Notes: generated from the letters alone by a model not told the origin. A stretch of 64,000 nt of DNA from an uncultured Candidatus Rokubacteria bacterium (GCA_963754315.1 CAVWFS010000010.1:78527-142526), one strand, 5' to 3'; shown: positions 41,786 to 51,350, counted from the stretch's first letter. Program-made: numbers and translations.

Positions 41786-43151
41786 ATGCTATCGAGAGAG
41801 GACAACGAGCTGCTCTGCCGCGTTGGCCCCGGCACTGCCATGGGCACCCTCATGCGCCAGTACTGGATTCCTGCCCTCATGTCGAGCGAATTGCCGGAGC
41901 CCGATGGCCCGCCCGTGCGGGTGACGACTGCTGGGCGAGAACCTCGTCGCCTTCCGGGTCACCTCGGGCAAGGTCGGGCTCATCCAGAGCAACTGCCCCC
42001 ACCGCGGGGCCTCGCTCTTCTTCGGGCGCAACGAAGAAGAGGGTCTGCGCTGCGTCTATCACGGCTGGAAGTACGACTGTGAGGGCGCCTGCGTCGACAT
42101 GCCGAGCGAGCCGGAGGAGAGCACCTTCAAGTCGCGGGTGCGCGCGCGCGCCTATCCCTGCCTCGAGCGGAACGACATCGTCTGGACGTACATGGGGTCG
42201 CGATCCACGCCGCCGCCCTTGCCCGACATCGAGCCGAACCTCCTGGCCCAGGGCGAGTACGCCAACCAGAAGGTCCTGCGCGAGTGCAACTGGTTCCAGG
42301 CGCTCGAGGGCGACATCGACACCGGGCACCTGAGTTTTCTGCACCTGGGCGCTGTCCAGCCGGAGAACACCAAGCCTGGCAGTTTCGACTACTACCTGGT
42401 CAAGGACCGAGCGCCCCGCTACGAGGTGGTCGACACGGAGTTCGGCACGTCCTACGGCGCCTATCGTCCGGCCGAGGAGGACACGTACTACTGGCGGATC
42501 GCCCACTTCTTGTTCCCGTTCTACACGATGATCCCCACCGGCATTCTCGGCATGCAGGTCCTCGTCCGCGCCTGGGTCCCGATCGACGACGAGCATGTGA
42601 TGTTCTGGAGCATGGCGGCCCCGCATTCGCGGATGGGTACCGGCGCCACCGGCGGGGCGTCCGGGCTCACGGCAGGGGGCCGGCCGGTGGGGGCGGCCGG
42701 CAGCCGACCGGGCGGCTTCGAGTTCCTGCCGGACACCACGGACTGGCTCGGCAAGTTCCGACTCACCCAGCACAAGGACAACGACTATCTGATCGATCGT
42801 GAAGCGCAGCGCCGGGAGAGCTTCACCGGCATCGCTGGAATCCATCAGCAGGACCAGGCGGTGACGGAGAGCATGGGCCCGATCTACGACCGCACGCAGG
42901 AGCATCTCGGCAGCTCGGACGCGATGGTGATCCGGACGCGCCGGCGCGCGATCAACGCGGCTCGGGCTCTGCGCGACGAGGGGGTCGTTCCGCCTGGCGT
43001 CGACGACCCGAAGGTGTACCGCCATCGCTCGGGCGGCGTGATCCTGCCGCGCGAGGCCAACTGGCTGGAGGCGACGAAGGATGTGCGCCGGGCGTTCGGC
43101 GATGGAAAGCCGGCGGCGACGGTGACCCCGGCCATCAGCGGGGGCGAGTAG
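41786..43151 (+). CDS. Rieske oxygenase alpha subunit, phthalate 4,5-dioxygenase/LigX family; frameshift near 41925
   Basis: VGPGT.MG.LMRQYW, CPH..C.YHGW Rieske motif, EGDID..H..FLH, QD.A..ESMG, EHLG.SD. Confidence 0.88.
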
Positions 43152-43187
43152 CGCACGAAGGCACATTGCTGAACAGGACGTCCAAAT

Positions 43188-43203
43188 GTACTCTTGGGAG
43201 TAC
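43188..43203 (+). promoter_or_regulatory. Palindrome GTACTC-N4-GAGTAC, candidate Phd operator overlapping the -10
   Basis: Perfect 6-bp inverted repeat 16 bp upstream of the antitoxin ATG. Confidence 0.55.
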
Positions 43204-43219
43204 GGAAGGAGGTACGCCG

Positions 43220-43495
43220 ATGCCGAAGGTCCCGGATATCATCCCGATCACCGATCTTCGTCAGGACGCCGCCACGGCTCTGAAGCGGGTGCGAGCCACC
43301 AAGCAGCCTCTCGTCATTACGCAGCGAGGGAGGGCAGCGGCCGTCATGATCAGCGTCGAGGCCTACGAGCGTGCCGAGCACGAGCGACAGATTCTGCTGA
43401 TACTCGCTCGCGGCGAGCGCGAGATTCGCACGGAGAAGGGGCATGATCTTGACGAGGTTATGGGAGAGGCCGATCGTCTGCTCGCCGACACGTGA
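43220..43495 (+). CDS. Phd/YefM family antitoxin
   Basis: IIPITDLRQ, PLVITQRGRAAAV; RBS AAGGAGG. Confidence 0.9.
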   Translation: MPKVPDIIPITDLRQDAATALKRVRATKQPLVITQRGRAAAVMISVEAYERAEHERQILLILARGEREIRTEKGHDLDEVMGEADRLLADT

Positions 43496-43797
43496 GGGTG
43501 CGGGTCCGCTTCACGCGATCTGGGCGAAGCCAATTCTTAGCCGCGCTCGCATACATCCTGCGTGATAATCCCGCGGCCGCCGGACGGTTCAGAAAGCGAG
43601 CTGAACGTGTGCTACGCCGGCTTGAGCAGTTTCCGGAGTCGGGTCGTGTTCTTCCCGAATTCCCCGACCTTCCCTATCGCGAGGTTATCGTGGCACCGTA
43701 CCGCTTTTTCTATCGGGTTGCAGGTGAGACCGTCTGGGTCGTTGGTGTGTGGCATGGGGCTCAGATTCCGGAGGAACCGGGCCGTGGTGGCTCATAG
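43492..43797 (+). CDS. RelE/ParE family toxin
   Basis: YI..DNP.AA, L..FP.SGR..PE, RE....PYR..YR, VWHG. Confidence 0.88.
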   Translation: MRVRVRFTRSGRSQFLAALAYILRDNPAAAGRFRKRAERVLRRLEQFPESGRVLPEFPDLPYREVIVAPYRFFYRVAGETVWVVGVWHGAQIPEEPGRGGS

Positions 43798-43880
43798 CAG
43801 GGTTTTCCAGAGCGTGGCTGGCCAACAACGGCCCAGCAGAACGTGCCTGGCGCACTGCTGAGCGCGGAGGCGTGCCTACT

Positions 43881-44822
43881 ATGCCCAGTACGAGCTTGAA
43901 GATCGCGATCGCGACCTACCCGCACACGCAGGGTCTCAAGGACGGGCGCGTGACCGTCCCCGGCCTCCAGCTGGAGCACGTCGAAGTGAGCCCGATCGTA
44001 GGGGCATTTCGGCGCATGTGCCGGGGGCTCGAATTCGACGTGTGCGAGATGGCCATCACGACCTACCTGACGGCCAAGGCATACGGAAAGCCCTTCACGG
44101 CGCTGCCGGTGTTCGTCATGCGGCAGTTCCACCACGCGCCGATTGTCTACAACGTGAAGGCCGGCGTGGTGTCGCCGAAGGACCTCGAGGGCAAGAAGGT
44201 TGGGGTGCGCGCCTACACCGTCACCACCGGCGTGTGGGCACGGGGCATCCTCGCCTCGGAGTATGGCGTCGATCTCGATAAGGTGACCTGGGTCGTGAAC
44301 GACGAGGAACACGTGCAGGAGTACCAGAAGGCGTACCCACCGAACGTGGTGTACCAGGCGGGAGCGAACCTGGCAGAGATGGTCGCCAAGGGCGAGCTGG
44401 CGGCTGCCATCGGGGCGGGGAAGGTCGACTCCTCCGATGTCAAACCGCTCATCTCCAACGCCGCCGAAGCGGAGGCCGCCTGGTACCGCAAGACGGGAAT
44501 CTATCCGATCAACCACACGGTGGTGGTGAAGGATTCGCTCTTGCAGGCTGACACGAGCTTGGCGCCGCGGCTGTTCCAGGCGTTCAGGGAGGCGAAGGAG
44601 ATCTTTCTGACACAGCTCGCCGCAGGGGGCGAGCTGTCCGGCGAGGCTCGCGTGCTGGCGGACCGCCGCCCGGTGGTGGGCGACGATCCATTGCCGAACG
44701 GCGTGTCCCGCAATCGCAAGGCGCTGGAAGCGGTCATCCGGTTCGCCCACGACCAGAAGATCCTGCCGAGGCCCGTGAAGCCCGAGGAGATCTTCGTCGC
44801 CAACACGCTCGGGCTGGAGTAG
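43881..44822 (+). CDS. 4,5-dihydroxyphthalate decarboxylase-like protein (PBP2 fold)
   Basis: FRRM....FDVCEM..TTY, ALPVF..R.F.H, VGVR.Y..T..VW.RG.L, TGIYPINH.VV, DP.P.G...NR; no signal peptide. Confidence 0.75.
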   Translation: MPSTSLKIAIATYPHTQGLKDGRVTVPGLQLEHVEVSPIVGAFRRMCRGLEFDVCEMAITTYLTAKAYGKPFTALPVFVMRQFHHAPIVYNVKAGVVSPKDLEGKKVGVRAYTVTTGVWARGILASEYGVDLDKVTWVVNDEEHVQEYQKAYPPNVVYQAGANLAEMVAKGELAAAIGAGKVDSSDVKPLISNAAEAEAAWYRKTGIYPINHTVVVKDSLLQADTSLAPRLFQAFREAKEIFLTQLAAGGELSGEARVLADRRPVVGDDPLPNGVSRNRKALEAVIRFAHDQKILPRPVKPEEIFVANTLGLE

Positions 44823-44870
44823 AGTCCACCAAGTAGACGTCACTAACCACGGCCACGCAGCGAGGACACG

Positions 44871-45881
44871 ATGATCATCGACTGTCACGGCCACTACACG
44901 ACGGCTCCCAAGGAGCTGGAGGCCTTCCGCCAGCAGCAGATCGCCGCCCTCAGTAACCCGCCGCACGCGCGCCCGAAGGGGACGCTGAGCATCAGCGACG
45001 ATCAGATCCGCGAGTCGCTGGAGAAGGCGCAGCTCAAGCTCCAGCGCGAGCGCGGGACGGACGTGACGATCTTCTCGCCCCGCGCGGCGGGGATGGCCCA
45101 CCACATCGGTGATGCCACCACCAGCCTGCACTGGGCGCAGGTGTGCAACGATCTCATCCACCGCGCCTGCATGCTCTACCCCGACAACTTCGTGGGCGTC
45201 TGCCAACTGCCGCAGTCGCCGGGGGTGGCGCCGGCCAACTGTATCGAGGAGCTTGAGCGTTGCGTGAAGGACCTCGGCTTCGTGGGCTGTAACCTGAACC
45301 CCGATCCGTCAGGCGGATACTGGAAGGACCCGCCGCTCACCGACAAGTGGTGGTACCCGTTCTACGAGAAGATGGTGGAGCTGGACGTGCCGGCCATGAT
45401 CCACGTGAGCGCGTCCTGCAACCCCAACTTCCATACGACCGGCGGGCACTATATCAACGGCGACACCACCGCCTTCATGCAGCTCATCACCGCCGATTTG
45501 TTCAAGGACTTTCCGACCTTGCGCTTCATCATCCCTCACGGAGGCGGCGCGGTACCCTATCACTGGGGCCGCTACCGGGGCCTCGCTCAGGATCTGAAGC
45601 GGCCGCCCCTGGCCGAGCACCTGCTGAACAACGTGTTCTTCGACACCTGCGTCTATCACCAGCCCGGGATCGACCTGCTCCTGAAGGTGATTCCCGTCGA
45701 CAACATTCTGTTCGCCTCCGAGATGGTGGGCGCCGTGCGTGGCGTGGACCCCACCACGGGTCACTACTACGACGACACCAAGCGCTACCTGGACGCTGCC
45801 TCGCTCGGCGAGGCCGACAAACGCAAGATCTTCGAGGGCAACGCGCGGCGCGTGTATCGCCGCATGAAGCTGAGGGGGTAA
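44871..45881 (+). CDS. ligJ: 4-oxalomesaconate hydratase
   Basis: MIIDCHGHYTT, FSPRA..MAHHIGD, LNPDPSGG, IPHGGGAVPYHWGR, FASEMVGAVRG. Confidence 0.92.
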   Translation: MIIDCHGHYTTAPKELEAFRQQQIAALSNPPHARPKGTLSISDDQIRESLEKAQLKLQRERGTDVTIFSPRAAGMAHHIGDATTSLHWAQVCNDLIHRACMLYPDNFVGVCQLPQSPGVAPANCIEELERCVKDLGFVGCNLNPDPSGGYWKDPPLTDKWWYPFYEKMVELDVPAMIHVSASCNPNFHTTGGHYINGDTTAFMQLITADLFKDFPTLRFIIPHGGGAVPYHWGRYRGLAQDLKRPPLAEHLLNNVFFDTCVYHQPGIDLLLKVIPVDNILFASEMVGAVRGVDPTTGHYYDDTKRYLDAASLGEADKRKIFEGNARRVYRRMKLRG

Positions 45882-45890
45882 GAGTCAGCC

Positions 45891-46751
45891 ATGGCAGAGA
45901 TTCCGCGCCTCAACGGTGTGATCCGGGCCCTGGAGCAGGGCAAGACCGCGTTCGTGGGCTTCGCGCCGGTGGACATCGAGACGGCCACCGCGTTGGCCAG
46001 CTCCACTTTCGACGGTGTCGCCTTCGAGATGGAGCATGCGCCCATGAGCGCCCCGGCGCTGCGGGACGCATTGCAGTACATGCTGGATCGGCGGCAGATC
46101 CTCGACTCGGGAACCTTGACGCCGAAGGTGACGCCGCTCGTGCGCATTCCCCCGAATGGCGGCGAGATGAACCAGTGGATCGCCAAGCAGGTGCTGGACA
46201 TCGGCGTGTTCGGCATCATCTTTCCGCACGTGAGCACGGTGGAGGAGGCGCGCAATGCCGTGGGCGCCTGCCGCTACCCTCGCCGGCCAGAGGCGCCTCG
46301 CTACGACCCGCCCGGCATTCGTGGCGATGCGCCGGTGCGTGCGGCGCGCTACTGGGGGCTGTCCCAGCAGGACTACTACGCACGGGCTGACGTGTGGCCG
46401 CTGGCGCCGCAGGGCGAGATTTTGGCCATCATCCAGTGCGAAGAGGTTCGCGCTATCGAGAACCTGCCGCGAATCCTGGACGAGGTGAAGGGCATTGGGG
46501 TGGTGCTGATCGGCGAGGGTGATCTCAGCCAGGAGCTGGGCCACCCGCGGGAGTACGAGCACCCCGTAGTGGCGGAGGCGATCAATCGCATCCTCAAGAT
46601 CTGCCAGGATCACAACGTGCCGTGCGGGCACCCACACCCGGACGCCAAGAACATCGAGCGGCTGATCGCGAGCGGGTATCGGTTCCTCATGCCGAGCGCG
46701 CCGCGCTCGTTCGCGGTACTGGAGCAGGGGAGGAAGCTGGCGGGACGGTGA
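45891..46751 (+). CDS. HpcH/HpaI class II aldolase family protein
   Basis: EMEH, PLVRIP, KQVLD.G, CRYP, IQCE, IGEGDLS. Confidence 0.85.
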   Translation: MAEIPRLNGVIRALEQGKTAFVGFAPVDIETATALASSTFDGVAFEMEHAPMSAPALRDALQYMLDRRQILDSGTLTPKVTPLVRIPPNGGEMNQWIAKQVLDIGVFGIIFPHVSTVEEARNAVGACRYPRRPEAPRYDPPGIRGDAPVRAARYWGLSQQDYYARADVWPLAPQGEILAIIQCEEVRAIENLPRILDEVKGIGVVLIGEGDLSQELGHPREYEHPVVAEAINRILKICQDHNVPCGHPHPDAKNIERLIASGYRFLMPSAPRSFAVLEQGRKLAGR

Positions 46752-46828
46752 CGGGCTCTCGACGAGAACGGGAGATTACTACGGCCACTTGGGCGCCTAG
46801 CGACGGGCTCGATGCTATCGTAGAGGGC

Positions 46829-47337
46829 GATGAGATTCTCTACGCTGACGCTGGTGCCGAGCTCGATGCTCGCTGGTCAAGGCAGCTGCCCGAGGGCGGC
46901 TTCCAATCGCACGGGCTCTGGGGCAGTCGTTCCTTTACGGCTCTACGACTGCGCGGGCTGAGGCGAGGCCGAGACGAGGTGATCGTTGACCTTTTCGTCG
47001 TGAGCAGGATAACCTTCCCGAGGCGTTCAGCGATCGGTTGCGACTCCTCCAGAAGTCTCGGCGCTCTGGCTCTCTGCGAGGGAAGATCGCACTGATCGCC
47101 AAAACCAGGAACGAGTTCGAGGCTGGCTTTCCGTCGTATTACCTGGATCTTGGTCTGGATGGCATCGTTCTGTATGACCGGGAGCGGTACATGGAGGGCA
47201 AGATCGACCGCATCCGAGACCTCATCGATCTCGCCGGCCTGACACGGCGACGTATCAATCGAGGATTCGTCTGGCGGTGGCGCGAGCCGCCGATCGGGCA
47301 CTGGCGTATCGACTGGAGCGGCGTCCACGGACAGTGA
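46829..47337 (+). pseudogene. Minimal nucleotidyltransferase (MNT) antitoxin with a disrupted 5' half
   Basis: Remnants of V.LYGS..RG...D.DLFVV spread across frames; intact C-terminus YLDLGLDGIVLYD. Confidence 0.6.
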
Positions 47338-47831
47338 GCGGGACGTCGCCTACCGCCTGCGGCTGGCCGACGGCTTCCTGGGCGAGGCCGAAGAGGATCT
47401 GCGGCTCCGGCGCTGGCGCTCCGCCGTCGACAATGCTCAACTGTCGGTGGAGAACTCTGTCAAAGCCGTCATCGCACGTTACGCGCCGATTCCGCGGTCG
47501 CACGACCTCGTGGGCCTGACTGGACGAACTGCGAGCTTCACGCCGCTTCGGACCTGCCGAAGATGAGGCCATATCGATGTTGAAAGCGTGCGCGACCGAA
47601 CTCGGTTACGAGCAGCACGTTCGCTCGGACTACGGCGAGGAGGCAAGTTTCAGGACACCCTGGGAACTGTTTGGACAGGCCGATGCCGAAAGCGCCGTCG
47701 GAACAGCGCAGCGCGCACGCTCCATCGCGCGGCGGGTACTGGAGCGGACCTCAGGATCGCTGAGACCCAGGACGGACCGTCGTCGACGCGCACTGCGCTA
47801 CTGCGGGTGTGTCCGCAACCAGTCGATGTAG
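47320..47831 (+). CDS. HEPN domain protein (frameshift near 47520; start and stop uncertain)
   Basis: RL..A.GFL.EA..DL...RW..AV..AQL.VENS.KA......PRSHD, then RSDY....P..LF...DAE.A...A. Confidence 0.72.
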
Positions 47832-48748
47832 GCCGCGATGCCAGTCTCCAGCGTGTGCTCGGGCTCGTAGCCGACGTCGACCTTGATGCGTGAGAGGTCG
47901 GTGGCCGGATTACGAGCATTTCCGGGTGTCCGGCCCGGCTTGAGCACGGCGCACTTGGCGCCGGGCACCGCCTGGCGAACGGCCTCCACGATGTCCCGGT
48001 TGGAGGTGGCGCGCCCCGATCCGATGTTGTAGACGCGGTGGGGGAGCGTGGCAGCCGTGTGGAGCATCTGGATCCCCCGCGCCACGTCCTTCACGTAGGT
48101 CCAGTCGGCCTCATCGTCTTCGAAGATCTTGCCGTCGGGCCGATCGGAGAAGTCGGGCTCGACATTCTTGACGGCGGCGTGGCAGAGGCGACCGATTGGG
48201 TTGTGCATGCTGTAATAGTGCGGACCGTAGATGCTGGCGATGCGCAATGCCACCACGTCGAGCTTGGCCTGGGCGGCATAGTAGTGGGCGTGGATCTCCA
48301 TGCCCTTCTTGAAGGCGGAGACCTGCGTGGGCGAGTGCACCGGGAGGCCGATGTCCTCCCGAAAGGGTCCCGCCGGCAAGCCGCCATAGACGCCGACCGA
48401 ACTGCCGAGCGACACGCGCCGGAGTCCGAAGGTGCGTGCCGCCTCCAGCACGTTCTGCAGGCCCGCGGTGTAGAGATGATAGTCGGCCTGGGTGGACACG
48501 CTCCGCGCCGGGGGAGCCATGAGATTGATGATGCTGTCGACCTGATGGCGGCGGACCACCTCGAAGACCTCGTAGACATTGGTGACGTCCAGCCGCGCCG
48601 TGAAGACCTGGCGGCCGACCTTGTCCTGGAGCGAGTCGGGGAGACGGTGGGCGCTGTGCTGGGTGATCAGGATTTTCTCGCCGACCTCCACCAATCGCTG
48701 GGCTGTGTTGAGCCCGATGAATCCCATGCCGCCGATGATCAGGATCAT
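47798..48748 (-). CDS. NAD-dependent epimerase/dehydratase (extended SDR) with an atypical catalytic motif
   Basis: ILIIGGMGFIG, SS.GVY, IYGP, YVKD.A.G; VSAFK replaces YxxxK. Confidence 0.82.
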   Translation of the reverse strand: MILIIGGMGFIGLNTAQRLVEVGEKILITQHSAHRLPDSLQDKVGRQVFTARLDVTNVYEVFEVVRRHQVDSIINLMAPPARSVSTQADYHLYTAGLQNVLEAARTFGLRRVSLGSSVGVYGGLPAGPFREDIGLPVHSPTQVSAFKKGMEIHAHYYAAQAKLDVVALRIASIYGPHYYSMHNPIGRLCHAAVKNVEPDFSDRPDGKIFEDDEADWTYVKDVARGIQMLHTAATLPHRVYNIGSGRATSNRDIVEAVRQAVPGAKCAVLKPGRTPGNARNPATDLSRIKVDVGYEPEHTLETGIAAYIDWLRTHPQ

Positions 48749-48803
48749 GATGGGCGACTCCCGCGCCCTGGACGGATCAGAATCAGAGGCGTCAACGACC
48801 AAG

Positions 48804-49883
48804 TCAGCGCCAGCGAGCGAAGGCCCAGCCGCCGCCCGTCGCGGCTGGTGTCCGATAGACGGGGACGTACGCGAGCAGCTCCATCTTGAGGGACGTCTGC
48901 TGGACCGCTCCCCCGAGGGTGACCCAGTTCAACACTTCGGAGCCGGCAGAATGCAGGCGATGGCGCGGGAGCGAACGCAGGGCCGCCGAGTCCTTACGTT
49001 CCAGCCCGCCCAGCAGCGCGCGGTCGAGCTCCTCGTCGACGACGAAGTGGCTGAGGCCGCCTGAGGCGACGATGGCCACCGCCGCCGGCTCGCTCCACGC
49101 CGCCACGGCGGCTGCGATGGCTTCTCCCATGGCGAAGCAGCGCCTCGGTGTCGGCTGGTTCGGCGGGTAGCACGTGTTCTGGAACACGGGCAACACCGGG
49201 CCGGGTTGGTTGTCGAACAGGCGCTTGACCACGAAGGCCACCGCGTGGGGTAACCCCTGCTCGTGCGGGGGTGTATCGCGCACGTAGTCTAGCTCACCGC
49301 CCTTGGTCGGGTAGCGGCGAGCCACCTGCCCGCCGTACGGCTGCTTGGCGTAGCGCATGTGGGCGACGTCGAAATCGTGCTCGACCAGATATTCGATCAG
49401 AAAGCGCCCGAAGCGGCTAGCCACCGGCACGTCGAGGGGGATGTCGCCGTATCCGCGAATGACGGCCTCGGCGACTGCCCGATCGCGCGTGGAGACGGGC
49501 GCCAAACGCGGGATGAGCGGCGCCGTTTCTCCCCAGTACACCGAGAAGGCGGGCATGTTGTCTTCATAGAACCATTCGTCCTGGTCATCCCCGATGACGA
49601 TGGTGATGTCGGGCTTGACCTCGCGCAAGGTGCGCGACAGCTCGTCGAGCGCCTGCTGGCAGGCCTCGGCCTGGGCGCGAAACTTCTCCGATCCCGTGTA
49701 GCGGGCCCGAACGTCTGGGGCGACGTAGTCGAGCGCGTCCTGGTACGACATCACCAGGCCGTCGGGCGGGAAGGCCAGCTCGGGGTTGCGCGCGTCACGC
49801 TCGGCGTAGGCGGGCCAGAGCTCTGCCGGCAGGGTGAGCATGGGGGTGTGGGAGGTCCCGATACCGAGAACGATCTCAGCCAT
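48804..49883 (-). CDS. Class III (LigB-fold) extradiol dioxygenase, DesZ/gallate dioxygenase-like
   Basis: IVLGIGTSHTP, IGDDQ.E, PHA, NTCYPPNQP, SGGLSHFV, SE..NW. Confidence 0.85.
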   Translation of the reverse strand: MAEIVLGIGTSHTPMLTLPAELWPAYAERDARNPELAFPPDGLVMSYQDALDYVAPDVRARYTGSEKFRAQAEACQQALDELSRTLREVKPDITIVIGDDQDEWFYEDNMPAFSVYWGETAPLIPRLAPVSTRDRAVAEAVIRGYGDIPLDVPVASRFGRFLIEYLVEHDFDVAHMRYAKQPYGGQVARRYPTKGGELDYVRDTPPHEQGLPHAVAFVVKRLFDNQPGPVLPVFQNTCYPPNQPTPRRCFAMGEAIAAAVAAWSEPAAVAIVASGGLSHFVVDEELDRALLGGLERKDSAALRSLPRHRLHSAGSEVLNWVTLGGAVQQTSLKMELLAYVPVYRTPAATGGGWAFARWR

Positions 49884-49944
49884 GGCGATGCACTCCGCGG
49901 ACGCGGAGCCAGGGGGCCCGCGCCCGATGTCCCCGCCTATTGTG

Positions 49945-50085
49945 TGGTGGCCAATCCTCGAGTAGCCCGTGCTCGATGAGCACCTCGGCCGTCCGCTGCA
50001 CGACGTCGAAAGAGTAACCGGAGCGCTCGGCGATGTCGAGCAAGCGGTGGCGGCCCGTCCGACAGGTTTCAAACCCACCAGGGGG
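49945..50085 (-). pseudogene. C-terminal remnant of a DUF4910-type (winged-helix tail) polysaccharide-locus protein
   Basis: Minus strand reads W-V-(L)-N-L-S-D-G..RLLDIAERSGYSFDVVQRTAEVLIEHGLL with indels; absent from the ORF track. Confidence 0.65.
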
Positions 50086-50259
50086 CCTAGGAATCTGCCG
50101 TCGTCACGTGAGCGGCCAATTTCGGGACAGCGATGTCCGTGAAACTGACCAATGAGGGCCTGTCTGGGCCTCCGCCAAGGAACCACACGCGAGGAGGGGT
50201 AGCCAACCGCCTGGGAATCCGTCTCGCAGGTGCACGGCTCTGAGGTCGCTGGCTTGGCT

Positions 50260-50275
50260 TGGCAACGTTCTTGCC
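50260..50275 (+). promoter_or_regulatory. Sigma-54 -24/-12 promoter TGGCAACGTTCTTGCC upstream of carA
   Basis: GG-N10-GC with TGGCA and TTGC. Confidence 0.65.
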
Positions 50276-50294
50276 GTTCAGGATGGTTCTGGCC

Positions 50295-51350
50295 ATGCGC
50301 TCAAGACTAGTCCTCGCAGACGGGTTCTCCTGTCTGGGTACGCCCTTTGGCTGGCCCGGTTCGATCGCAGGTGAGGTGGTCTTCAACACAGGCATGGTCG
50401 GGTACCCCGAGTCCCTGACCGATCCGTCATATCGCGGCCAGATCCTGGTTCTCACCTATCCCCTTATCGGTAACTATGGCGTTTCTGCCGACGAGCGTAC
50501 CGATGGTGTCAGTCAGCGCTTCGAGTCGAGCCGGGTACAAATCGCCGGCCTCGTCGTGTCGGATCTGTCACGGAACTTCAGCCACTGGACCGCCGTACGG
50601 TCCTTGGACGACTGGCTTCGGGAGCACAGAGTACCTGGGCTCACGGGCGTCGACACGCGGATGCTCACCCAGCGATTGCGCACCAGCGGGTCGATGCTGG
50701 GCAAGCTGGTGTCCGGGTCTGACGAGGTTGAGTTCTCCGATCCCAACGCGGAGAATCTTGTGGCGCAGGTGAGCATCGACCGGCCACGATCTTACGGCGA
50801 AGGCCGGAAGCGGCTCGTGGTCATCGACTGCGGCTGCAAGAACGGGATCCTCCGCTCGCTTCTCGCGCGCGACGTGCAGGTGACGATCGTGCCGTGGGAT
50901 TGGCCGGCGGACCGGGAAGACGCCGACGGCGTCGTGATCTCCAATGGCCCTGGAGATCCTCGGCAAGTCGCGGCGACCATTGCCACGACGCGGCGGCTCA
51001 TGACCAAGGGGGTGCCGACATTCGGGATCTGCCTGGGGAGCCAGGTGCTGGCCCTGGCGGCCGGCGCCGAGACCTACAAACTGAAATATGGGCACCGAGG
51101 ACAGAATCAGCCATGCGTCCTCGTGGGGACGAAGCGTTGTCTGATCACCTCCCAGAACCACGGGTATGCGGTCGATGAGGACAGCCTTCCTCCCGACTGG
51201 GTCCCCTGGTTCTTCAATGCCAATGACGGCACCAACGAAGGGATTCGCCATCGCCAGCGGCCGTTCATGGGCGTCCAGTTCCATCCGGAAGCCTCGCCGG
51301 GCCCGGCGGACACCAACTCTCTCTTCGACGACTTCATCGGGATGCTATGA
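50295..51350 (+). CDS. carA: Carbamoyl-phosphate synthase small subunit
   Basis: [44 protein letters not shown]. Confidence 0.95.
   Translation: MRSRLVLADGFSCLGTPFGWPGSIAGEVVFNTGMVGYPESLTDPSYRGQILVLTYPLIGNYGVSADERTDGVSQRFESSRVQIAGLVVSDLSRNFSHWTAVRSLDDWLREHRVPGLTGVDTRMLTQRLRTSGSMLGKLVSGSDEVEFSDPNAENLVAQVSIDRPRSYGEGRKRLVVIDCGCKNGILRSLLARDVQVTIVPWDWPADREDADGVVISNGPGDPRQVAATIATTRRLMTKGVPTFGICLGSQVLALAAGAETYKLKYGHRGQNQPCVLVGTKRCLITSQNHGYAVDEDSLPPDWVPWFFNANDGTNEGIRHRQRPFMGVQFHPEASPGPADTNSLFDDFIGML

Noticed and set aside
172..45206. Long antisense or alternative-frame ORFs (e.g. 172-1788, 4496-6040, 16822-18225, 35970-37517, 43761-45206)
   Set aside because: Shadow ORFs expected in high-GC DNA opposite well-supported genes; no recognisable motifs.
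50140..50220. ZTP (pfl) riboswitch-like GCCAACCGCCTGGG upstream of carA
   Set aside because: The pseudoknot partner and P1/P2 consensus were not found, and it lies upstream of the predicted promoter.
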